From: Octopus bimaculoides
Lineage: Eukaryota
NCBI RefSeq assembly: GCF_001194135.2
Contig: NC_068981.1
Span: 144,242,171 to 144,306,170, forward strand
Direction: 5' to 3'
DNA: 64,000 nucleotides
A program made the translations under genes and the position numbers. Below, in pieces: positions 39,296 to 50,884 of this stretch (positions are counted from its first letter, which is position 1; each line of letters starts with the position of its first letter). The notes below the pieces were generated by a model. It was not told the DNA's origin and searched no databases. It saw nothing but the letters and a program-made list of their open reading frames with translations.

Positions 39296-39962
39296 TTCTT
39301 CTGCCCTGTCTGTAACGCCTCCGTTAACTTAGAAATTTCCCTTACCATCTCTCACTCCTCTCTTATCACCGCCATCCATTACAAACCCACAGACTCCTGC
39401 TCCTACTTCAACGTCTTGTCCTCCCACCCTACCCATAACAAACTGTCCATCCCCTACGGTCGGCTCTGTAGTGATGAACACTAGACACAGTTCCAACTCA
39501 TAGCTCGCTGCTTTACCCGACGGGTATACACCCTCGCTGTTATCCAGAACACCCTTGCCTGCGCCCGGTCTGGTGCTCGTGCATCCGCCCTCTCTCCCGC
39601 AACCGCCCTCTCTCCCGCAACTGCCCTCCACTTATATGCTTCCCTTCCCCTGCATATTATCCCTACACCTCCAATGTGCCATTTTGACGCGCTTCCGCCA
39701 ACTCCTATCTACCCCCACCTCCCACATCGTCGCCAGCCTACTCACCTTCAAACGAGCCTTCAACCTAAGTGACTAATAGCTTTCGTCTCCCCTCTGGTAC
39801 TCAACCTAGCTCCTTCCCTTGCTCTCGTATACGCTGTCTCTTCCTCTCCAACACCACCGTCCTCACCGGTACCGACAACCGCCCCTACCATATCATCGAT
39901 TGGTAACCTGATGTACTGCACCCCCTGCTCGCTTTGCTACTCCCTGTAGACTGGACAAACCC
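39296..39962 (+). mobile_element. Decayed Penelope-like (Neptune/Poseidon-type) pol: RT C-terminus, linker, start of GIY-YIG
   Basis: LITAIHYKPTDSCSYFNVLSSHPTHNKLSIPY, then SFPCSRIRC, then NLMYC..CSLC..L*TGQT. Confidence 0.7.
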
Positions 39963-41476
39963 AGGCTACATTCTTAGCGCCCCCATGCCAACTAACCATC
40001 AGAAACATAGAACTTTTTCTGAAGCAAATTTCAGAAATAAAGCTTAATCTAACGAACCCATTATTTTGTTGTTTTTACATGAATCGCCACCCCATTATCG
40101 CCAAAACTTTCACATGAATCGCTACCCCATCATCACCCCACTTTTCTTCAACGCCTCCTGGAAGTTTCCACCGCCCCGGGGGGGGGATACTACCCACTTT
40201 GAGAACCACTGATTTAGTTGAACATCTTCGGAGCGTCAGACTCGGTAATGACACCCAGGTCTCTTACTTTTTCCGCTTGACAAGTCATTTTCTGTAACAT
40301 TTGTCTTCAGACTGGCCTTGACCAGAGGCTACCCAGACCCCTGCCGCTGTCTAGAGCAGGAATTGATTTTGTCTCGCCATACTTCAGTCCTTCGCGTTCT
40401 AAATTCTCCGCCCCTTTATTTAAACCTCTCTTCCACACATTTACACAAGCCATACACCTCTTACCTTTCTACCGCTCCCTCTACTTCTTCCCCCACACCT
40501 TTTAACTTATGCACACCATGCACACCCTTCAAACAGGATAAGAAGCCCGTCGTATATATGTTTGTATTTGTGTGTCTGTGTTTCTCTCCCCATGTGACAA
40601 CCGATGTTGGTGCGTTTACGTCCCCATAACTTAGCGGTTCGGCAAAACAGACCGATAGAATAAGTACTAGGCTTTCCTAAAATAAGTCCTGGGGTCGATT
40701 CGTTCGAATAAAGGCGGTGCTCCAGCATGGGCGCAGTCAAATGACTGAAACAAGTAAAAGAGTAAAATAATAAAAAATATATAACATATACGGAGTGGCT
40801 GTGTGGTAAGTAGCTCGCTTACCAACCACATGGTTCCGGGTTCAGTCCCACTGCGTGGCACCTTGGGCAAGTGTCTTCTACTATAGCCTCGGGTCGACCA
40901 AAGCCTTGTGAGTGGATTTGGTAGACGAAAACTGAAAGAAGCCCATCGTATATATGTATATGTATATATATATATATGTGTGTGTGTCTGTGTTTGNNNN
41001 NNNNNNNNNNNNNNNNNNNNNNNNNNNNNNNNNNNNNNNNNNNNNNNNNNNNNNNNNNNNNNNNNNNNNNNNNNNNNNNNNNNNNNNNNNNNNNNNNNNN
41101 NNNNNNNNNNNNNNNNNNNNNNNNNNNNNNNNNNNNNNNNNNNNNNNNNNNNNNNNNNNNNNNNNNNNNNNNNNNNNNNNNNNNNNNNNNNNNNNNNNNN
41201 NNNNNNNNNNNNNNNNNNNNNNNNNNNNNNNNNNNNNNNNNNNNNNNNNNNNNNNNNNNNNNNNNNNNNNNNNNNNNNNNNNNNNNNNNNNNNNNNNNNN
41301 NNNNNNNNNNNNNNNNNNNNNNNNNNNNNNNNNNNNNNNNNNNNNNNNNNNNNNNNNNNNNNNNNNNNNNNNNNNNNNNNNNNNNNNNNNNNNNNNNNNN
41401 NNNNNNNNNNNNNNNNNNNNNNNNNNNNNNNNNNNNNNNNNNNNNNNNNNNNNNNNNNNNNNNNNNNNNNNNNNNN

Positions 41477-41527
<51 letters not shown>

Positions 41528-41680
41528 ACACAAGCATGCACACATATATATATATACGCATAAATTATTGATTTGCCAAAATGAGTTAGGATAATAAAAA
41601 GTTTGAGAATAGGTGATGTAAAAGATATAGATATAGATATAGATATATGCTAGAGTTTAATTTCCTGCCTGCTGTACAAG

Positions 41681-41723
<43 letters not shown>

Positions 41724-43689
41724 GCACACACACGCACACGCACACACATGTGTATATATGTATGTATACATATACAGCATAACAGCTATCATGCTACTGA
41801 TGATGATGATGACGATATTGATGACGATAATCTTCACTTACATCATGAGAATTCATTTTCTTCAGGTTAGTAAATTAGTAAAGATTGCTTTTTTCTATAC
41901 GTATGTATGTATATATGTATGTATGCATGTATGTATGTATGTATGTATGTAAGTATGTATGTATGTATGTATGTATGTATGTATGTATGTGTGTATGTAG
42001 GTATGTATGTACGTAAGTATGTATGTATATNNNNNNNNNNNNNNNNNNNNNNNNNNNNNNNNNNNNNNNNNNNNNNNNNNNNNNNNNNNNNNNNNNNNNN
42101 NNNNNNNNNNNNNNNNNNNNNNNNNNNNNNNNNNNNNNNNNNNNNNNNNNNNNNNNNNNNNNNNNNNNNNNNNNNNNNNNNNNNNNNNNNNNNNNNNNNN
42201 NNNNNNNNNNNNNNNNNNNNNNNNNNNNNNNNNNNNNNNNNNNNNNNNNNNNNNNNNNNNNNNNNNNNNNNNNNNNNNNNNNNNNNNNNNNNNNNNNNNN
42301 NNNNNNNNNNNNNNNNNNNNNNNNNNNNNNNNNNNNNNNNNNNNNNNNNNNNNNNNNNNNNNNNNNNNNNNNNNNNNNNNNNNNNNNNNNNNNNNNNNNN
42401 NNNNNNNNNNNNNNNNNNNNNNNNNNNNNNNNNNNNNNNNNNNNNNNNNNNNNNNNNNNNNNNNNNNNNNNNNNNNNNNNNNNNNNNNNNNNNNNNNNNN
42501 NNNNNNNNNNNNNNNNNNNNNNNNNNNNNNNNNNNNNNNNNNNNNNNNNNNNNNNNNNNNNNNNNNNNNNNNNNNNNNNNNNNNNNNNNNNNNNNNNNNN
42601 NNNNNNNNNNNNNNNNNNNNNNNNNNNNNNNNNNNNNNNNNNNNNNNNNNNNNNNNNNNNNNNNNNNNNNNNNNNNNNNNNNNNNNNNNNNNNNNNNNNN
42701 NNNNNNNNNNNNNNNNNNNNNNNNNNNNNNNNNNNNNNNNNNNNNNNNNNNNNNNNNNNNNNNNNNNNNNNNNNNNNNNNNNNNNNNNNNNNNNNNNNNN
42801 NNNNNNNNNNNNNNNNNNNNNNNNNNNNNNNNNNNNNNNNNNNNNNNNNNNNNNNNNNNNNNNNNNNNNNNNNNNNNNNNNNNNNNNNNNNNNNNNNNNN
42901 NNNNNNNNNNNNNNNNNNNNNNNNNNNNNNNNNNNNNNNNNNNNNNNNNNNNNNNNNNNNNNNNNNNNNNNNNNNNNNNNNNATATATCATTCTACATAA
43001 AAAAAACCCAACAACAACAACAACAACAACAACAAAAAGATTCTTAATATGATTTTCAGCATAAACATCGTGACTATTCTAATTTCATTCACGGTTAAGC
43101 ATTCCATTCTGTCGTATTACTTTACTTAACCTAATAGAGGTGGGCGGGGCACACACCGTTTATTCTTTATATTTACATGACATTTACAATGTCACTGAAA
43201 GCAAAAGGTGTGGCGAATTATATTAAGTGATGTAAAACACACATGCACACACATGAACACACGTGCACACGCACACACACGCGCGCAAAAAAAAACATGT
43301 AATACTTAAATTAATTGACATAGCAATTTAGAAGTTTTTTCTTTTCGTTTGGTTTTTGATTTGTTAAAGAAGGAAGGGTAGTGCCCATGACATTTGCAGG
43401 GTCACCGGGACAGTGGGGCGGACGAGAGGGAAGTGGGTGTGTGAAGAGAGGAAGAAACCACGCCCTTGTGGCTTGCGTTACTAAGAAGCAGCACATGAAG
43501 ATATTGATTTATTCTCAGACAAGAGGCCCGGTCCGAATGCATGCAACAGAGTGAATTCTGCTGAAGGCACCCACGTGGTGGTGGTGGTGGTCGCCGTGGT
43601 GACGGCGGTGGCGGTGTTGGAATGCCAGGCAACAACGCTGTATTACAAGGCTAAATGTTTTGTTACATTTCCTCTTTGGAATACATTTT

Positions 43690-43775
43690 ATCATCATCAT
43701 CATCATCATCATCACCACCACCACCACCACCACCACCACCACCACCACCACCATCATCATCATCATCGTCATCGC

Positions 43776-43819
<44 letters not shown>

Positions 43820-43830
43820 CCACCACCACT
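43690..43830. repeat. (CAT)n/(CAC)n trinucleotide array
   Basis: Directly visible. It produces the poly-His/Val/Met ORF artefacts in the ORF track. Confidence 0.9.
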
Positions 43831-44691
43831 ATTTTTTCCTCTTCTTCTCCTCCGCCTCCTCCTTTCTGTCTTTTGTTGTGTCTCTTAATCAAATATGACA
43901 TGGTAGCAAAAGATCTTTTTTTTTTTGCTCTTTCTCTATTGCTCTTTCCCTAAGATTGTAGACCAAAGATGTTGACACAATTCTGATTATAGATTCCCAC
44001 AGAACGTTTTTGTTAGATCTAATGTAGAGGATCTTGCTCTCACGTTTTCTCTTCTTTATTCTTGTTTTAATCCAGTCGACTCCGTAACGTTTACTCCTTT
44101 CGTTTGATCCATCATTTGTAGTCAGTCGTTATCCTCTTACATGTAGTCATAATAAGGATACTCGATTCAGTGAGGTGTTATATGATGACATCCAAAAGCT
44201 CCCGCATTTCAGCTTTACTGTGGAGCACAAGAGCACAGCCTCATTCTACGATACGGATCACGTGTCCCATCCAGTACAGCTGTGATTCCAACAGAATAAA
44301 CTCAACACGCTTTTACTTGTTTCAATCATTTGACTGCGGCCACGCTGGAGCACCGCCTTTAGTCGAGCAAATCAACCCCAGGACTTATTCTTTGTATGCC
44401 TTGTACTTATTTTGCCGAACTGCTAAGTTACGGGGACGTAAACACACCAGCATCGGTTGTCAAGCGATGTTGGGGGACAAACACAGACACAAAAACACAT
44501 ACACACACATACATATGCATATATATATACGTCGGGCTTCTTTCAGTTTCCGTCTACCAAATCCACTCACAAGGCTTTGGTCGACCCGAGGCTATAGTCG
44601 AAGACACTTGCGCAAGGTGCCACGCAGTGGGACTGAACCCGGAACCATGTGGTTGGTAAGCAAGCTCTGGATGCTGAACCTCTTGTATATA

Positions 44692-44904
44692 TGAGTGGAT
44701 GCTGAAAAGTCTCTGACTTTAAGGGTTTCGCGAAAGGCCTGGCTGGAGGCTCAACCTTCCCTGTTCTTTTACAGGGCTTAGAAAAACTGAAGTGATCGCT
44801 GCGATAAGTGTGTGGATCTAAGAGGAGAATATGTTGAATAAAATCTTAATTAGTCGATCCTCCTGCATTTTACTCAAAACCAGGAACTTTTCAGTACCCG
44901 CTCG
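44692..44904. mobile_element. mariner-derived MITE, 213 bp, TA-flanked
   Basis: TIRs TGAGTGGATGCTGAAAAGTCTCTG and rc CGAGCGGGTACTGAAAAGTTCCTG. Internal sequence resembles a mariner C-terminus (LQGLEKLK...KCVDLRGEYVE*). Confidence 0.7.
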
Positions 44905-45624
44905 TATGTACCAGCATGTATATATGTTGGTACCAGGAACCGTCCGCCTAGATAAGCAAGGTAGACAATGCCTACCTTGAATAAAATAAATCGTTAGCAA
45001 TATTTTCCATTTATGGCAAAATATGGACCTAATTTGAATAAAATTACGAAGGTTACTCTGATTACTATGCATAAAATGCAAAATATTAACATTTTTTTTT
45101 GTAGATTAGGTAAGCATAATTCACCCCTGCTTTTCAGTGTCAGTATTTAAGCTACACATACTACTGCTGTAGTACACGTGCTGCGTACACTTCTAGAACG
45201 CTGTTTTCTTTACGTGCTATAAAGGCAGAGGTAAATCTGCCTTCAACTCAGTCGCGCGTCTGTGTTTCGCTTATTTTTTGTATTTGACTACATACAGATC
45301 ACCAACTGCCTACCCTGGTACATATATATATACATATATAACCTTCACAATTGATATATATGCCATCCATATTAGCAAAAACTAATTCATCATTACTCAT
45401 AAATATGCTTTCATCAATAATGCAAAATTTATTGAAGTATACACTATCAGCTAATTTTATTGTAAGACTGATGATTACATCACGTTCTATTAATATTTGC
45501 CAACCAAGATTTATATAATCTCTTTATTGGTTTATTAGTTTATACATCACTGACATGTCATACAATCTGAAATGAGAAAGAGCATTCTGGAGATCACTTC
45601 AGCTGCGAGAAATAACAACCAAAA

Positions 45625-45735
45625 TCCATCTATACTAATTATTGGAGCAGATTTCTTACATCTCTTAGGTATTTTAGGGGATTTAAAACAACGAAGATTA
45701 GTGGAATCTACCACACGCTTTACAGTCACTTCGTT
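45625..45735 (+). mobile_element. Ty3/Gypsy pol relic (end of the protease region)
   Basis: IIGADFLHLLGILGDLKQRRLVESTTRFTV matches the recalled Gypsy motif ILGADFL..FGLLVD....RL.D.TT. Confidence 0.5.
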
Positions 45736-48700
45736 CATTCCAAAACATTGTTAATCCTATTTTCCTGATACCAGCGATAAACATAGTATTTGCTCATTGA
45801 CACTTCGATTTTCAGCGTAGGCCCCTGTGTCTAACTTTACCCTCAACCTAGGCTGCTGGGCAAAAGTTAATTAGTTGCTTATAGAGCTCAACAGTAAAGA
45901 TTACAGGCAAACTAAGGAACAGAATTTGTCGTGTCTTCATTTTCTACGTGTGTTCATTGCCATTTTACCGGAAATCCAGCAGGGATGACGTTTAACCTAT
46001 TCCTCGATTGTTTTTATTTTTTAAACATCAGTATACAAATGTCATTTGTTACATCAAGAAATTAACAATTTAGCTGCAGAAACACTCAGTGACACCCAAT
46101 TTAGCTGCAGAGTACACAGTACACGTCAATATCATTCATAGAAGGAAAGCGTCGAGCTAGCAGAATCGTTAGTACACCAAGCAAAATGCTTAGCGGCATT
46201 TTGTCCGTCCTTACGTTTTGAGTTCAAATTCCGCCGAGGTTGACTTTGCCTTTCATCCTTCCGGGGTCGATAAAATAAGTATCAGTTACACAGTAGGGCC
46301 TATGTAATCGGCTGGCATCCTCCTTCAAAATTTCATGGCGTGTGCCTATAGTAGAAAGGAATATTATTCATAGAAAGAAAGCAGCGAGCTGGCAGATTCG
46401 TTAGCACGTCGGGCGAAAATGCTTAGCGGGATTTCGTACGTCTATATGCTCTGTGATCAAATTTCGCCGAGGTCGACTTTGCTTTTAATCCTTTCGGACT
46501 CGATAAAATAAGTGCCAGATGAGTACTGGGTCGATGTAATCGGCCTATCCCCATCCCGAATTTGCTGGCTTTATGCCAAAATTTGAAGCCAATATTATTT
46601 ATACAAAGACTTTGGCGGATCTCACAAAAATGAAAATATTCAAGAAGGGAAAAAATTGTTTACAAGGTGTACTATTCCACCAATCTTTATTAGGCCTGTT
46701 TTGAGAGTGTGGTGTCATGTTCGTGTTGTGGTGTTGATTGAGAAACAAAGTATTTAGTTGTCTATGTTTGTTGTATGGTCGGAATGTCCTCTTTGGAACT
46801 GGTTCTTTATTTGATATTATTTTGTAGTGCAAATACATACAAGATTTAGACACTGGAAAACATACATCAGATACATCAGAGATACACCAGAACACACACA
46901 CGCTCACACACATGTAACAGATCTGAATTAAGAAAAGCGGGTGTTTGTTTTCTATTTATACAGCAAATGCTATTATATTTATGTACTGTATGCAATTTCA
47001 AGCTTTATGAAAAATTTCTTTTATACCTGATGTAATTTCATATTTTATGAAAAATTTATTTTATTTTGCAAGAATCTCTGTCTCTATTTCTCTTCTACTC
47101 TCTCACTATATGTATACATGATAATACCATACTAACATACCCGTGTCATCAAAATTGACGACAGCTTATTTTATTACAGAGAGAAAATGGCGCAGTCATT
47201 GAAAAGAAAAACGGAAGAAACCGTTGATAAATTTCTTATCTAAAATCTTTGCCCTTTTTATTTAACAGAATAATATTACAATAAGTTGCAGATACAATGC
47301 TGATTTTACATCCACGATAGTTAGGTGGAAGTACAGTTTAATAGCCATATGATTTTGTTTCCTCATAACTTTCTGAGAAATACATGAATTGCATAGACAT
47401 TTCACAGAAATGACATTTCGAGTTCGAGGGTGTAAATTCCGATCATTTTGATAAACAATTCTCATCATTTCCTGACAGTCCGATTTTGCTTCCTTATAGC
47501 TCTGTTTAAAAATGCATATTTTTGTGCGTCGTACTACAGAAATACGCATTCAGAAATATTAAGTGTATATTGTTAATGCTTCAAATTAAGAAATCTGAAA
47601 AATATGTGAAAAATACTAAACTTACGGATATTGGTGATAACAAAATTAAGGTAGATGGGTGGAGAATGATCTAAACCACCTAAAAAGATTTCTGTACATT
47701 TTATCAACACAGTAGTAAACTACATCCTCGGAAACGTGCCACAGCAAAACTCCATTATAAAATATGAATTTCGTGGGAGGGCATAAGTCGATTAAATCGA
47801 CACCACGGCTCAGCTGGTTCTTATTTTATCGACCCCGAAGGAAAAAGAGCAAACTCGTAGTCAGCGAAATTTGATCCCAGAAAGTAAAGACGGACGAAAT
47901 ACCGTTAAGCAGTTTACCCGGCGTGCTAACGACTCTGCCAGCTCGTCGCCTTACTCTGAGAGAATAATATTAGTTTAAAATGTTGGCACAAGGCCAGCAA
48001 TTTTTGAGAGAGGGGTAAGTCGATTATATCGACACCAGTGCGCAGCTGGTACTTATTTTATTGACTCTGAAAGGATGAAAGGCAAAGTCGAAGTCAGCGG
48101 AATTTGATTTCAGAACGTAAAGATGGACAAAATCATTTTTCCCGACGTATTAACAGTTCTGTTAGTTCTCCGCTTTATGAGAAAATAATATTGGGATGCA
48201 TTAAACTGTAGTTTCTCTTTTACTTTCCGTACATACATACATACATACATACATATGTACAATCAGACATGTGTGTGTGTATGTGTGAGTAACGAGTGAA
48301 TTTGAATATAAAACTATTTTCTTTATTCTATGTAAAAATATTTTTTTGTTATAAAAACGGCTTCTGTTTTTTGTTAATAATTGATTTTCGTATGTAAAAT
48401 TCAGCCAAGAAAGCAAAAGTTACATCTGTTGTGTGTATGTATTATTATGTGAGCTCGTGTGAATGTATCTGTGCATATACTTGTGTACGTTTGAGAACAT
48501 TCATCATTTAACATGAATATGTAGTGTTTTGTTTTTAGTTATCTTCTTTTTTTCGAAAAATTTGCGACAAAAATTTGCAATTTCATTTTGTTCAACTTAG
48601 CAGTTACTCCAGCCATTGTAATTTAAATTTTTTTCCGTTTCCCTTGCCAACGTTTAACGTCTCCAACTGCCACTCTCTCACACACAATTTGTTGCTTCAG

Positions 48701-50440
48701 TCTCACTCTACTAGCGTGACAGTAGAAGCACATACATGCATATATANNNNNNNNNNNNNNNNNNNNNNNNNNNNNNNNNNNNNNNNNNNNNNNNNNNNNN
48801 NNNNNNNNNNNNNNNNNNNNNNNNNNNNNNNNNNNNNNNNNNNNNNNNNNNNNNNNNNNNNNNNNNNNNNNNNNNNNNNNNNNNNNNNNNNNNNNNNNNN
48901 NNNNNNNNNNNNNNNNNNNNNNNNNNNNNNATATATATATATATATATATACATACAGACATATAGACTATATTATTAAAATTAATAATATAATACCTTC
49001 GAAAATATATGTTAATATAGCGTTATCAAGGTAATAAAAATTGGTGAAATTTCAACTGAACATCTCAAAGAATTTTTGCTATTAAATAAGCGCTAACGAA
49101 AAGAAACACCTAAATCAAATTCAACTTAACACATCCATTCGTTCAACCATTAGCGACGTCATTAAATAACTAATTTGCTTTATAAATATAAAGATAAAAT
49201 AAAAATAAAAATATTATATTTGGTTTGCTAGATTTCTATGATTTTGTGTGCTAAAGCAAATCTTGTATTTTGAGAGAGTCATTACACCAATTGCAATAAT
49301 ACGCACTGGTTAGATATGTAACCAATTGACTAACAATGAAGAAGTGATACTGAACCAGTGTGTGTGTTATTATTGGCCTAATATCTCTTCCAAAACACAA
49401 CAATATGTGTGTGGTTTGAGTGTGTGTGTGTTTAGCTAAGAGAAACAATTCAAAGTAACCAGTGGCATGTATTTGAATGACAGAAATGTACAGGGATGTC
49501 AAATACCATACAATAAAAAACTTGATTTATTAAATTATCTTCGCCTCTAGAGGGTGTATTATAATCGCCAAGTAGCAATTAAGACCAGTTCCGCTTTGGA
49601 AGGTGAGGTTATCTCAAGAATCAAGAATTCTCCTGCCACTGGTCACTTGGAGCTTCTTTTCTCTCAGCTCATATATGTTTAAATTATGCAGTTTACTTCG
49701 GCTATAAAAAGTTTTACTCCTAAATACTATTTTTGGTAAGTCCTTTGACTACTGAACTGAAGATAAGATTGAACCATTTTCATGCTGCTGTTTGCTATTG
49801 AGCAGAAACACATGTCCACAACTATCGTCTTATCCGCAGACAATAAGCCTGTCCCTTTTTTTTTAATGGCATGTCAGTTTTGGAGAATTTCTTGATATCT
49901 GAGATTATCTCACTTTTCAAGTCGAGCTGGTCTTAATTGCATTTGGATAATTATGATACATCCTCTAGAGGCGGAGATCATTTTAATAATACAAAAATTC
50001 ACTTTGTAATGTAAGTCTCTAAATGATCGCACGACTCGCTATAAATAGAAGTCAAATTTCCTCTAATTCAAATACTACCATCTTAGAAAAGGATACTTTG
50101 GAAGGTGCTGATCTTGACACACCATACTTAATATACACTCGGAATGGTCATTGCTAGAGCGCTTTTGATCATAAGTTTACTTGAACAGAGTTAACTTAGG
50201 AACTAAACAGCAGTAGCAACAACACAACTTTCTCTCTCTCCACCTCTCTCCCTCTCTCCCCCTCTACCCCCTCTCTCTTGATGAGACGGTATCAATTCTT
50301 GGTTTTAAATCCTTTTACTTCAATTTACAACTTAAACACAAACATTTTTTGTTTCGTCTCCACTAAAAATCATTTTGCATATTTATATTTGGTTTGCAAG
50401 ATTCTTGATATGAATTCGTGTGTTAAAAGAAATACTATTG

Positions 50441-50884
50441 AACCTTGGAAGGGGTATTATGCCGGTAATAATAAACACACGCACTGGTTCGGTCCTTTAT
50501 TGTTATTGTTAGTTAATGGGTTAATTACTCCGTTAATCAATTTATCGATTAGTCGTTCTTGTTTTACTAGTTTTTCAAACTCATATGTTAAACACTTCGG
50601 TCAAACAGTTCCGGTTTTTACAATCACCATCCATGAAGTGACTGCAACAATGCGATGAAATAATTGACAAAAAGAGAAATGACAATACGAACAATACTGA
50701 ACATTTGAACGATTAACTGTTTGACCAAAGTGTTTAACATATGAGTTTGAAAAACTAGTAAAAAAACGACGACTAATCGATAAATTGATTAACGGAGTAA
50801 CTAACCCATTAACTAACAATAACAATAAAGGACCGAACAAGTGCGTATGTTTATTATGACCTGCATAATGCCCCTCCCAAGGTT
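50441..50884. mobile_element. Foldback/MITE-like element with 170-bp inverted arms and 104-bp spacer
   Basis: 50441-50610 is the reverse complement of 50715-50884 with few mismatches. No clear TSD. Confidence 0.7.

Noticed and set aside
41867-43052. Long ORFs in the track spanning N runs (also at 5.5, 20.4, 24.9, 27.3, 36.4, 38.3, 40.7, 52.7, 54.0 and 57.0 kb)
   Set aside because: Artefacts of assembly gaps and microsatellites (poly-X, YI/HT/CV repeats).
43515-43953. Poly-His/Met/Val/Pro ORFs
   Set aside because: Translations of (CAT)/(CAC) arrays, open in many frames with no coding signature.
44150-44290. Short natural-looking frame (SEVLYDDIQKLPHFSFTVEHKSTASFYDTDH)
   Set aside because: No strong acceptor or donor, no recognisable homology and no partner exons.
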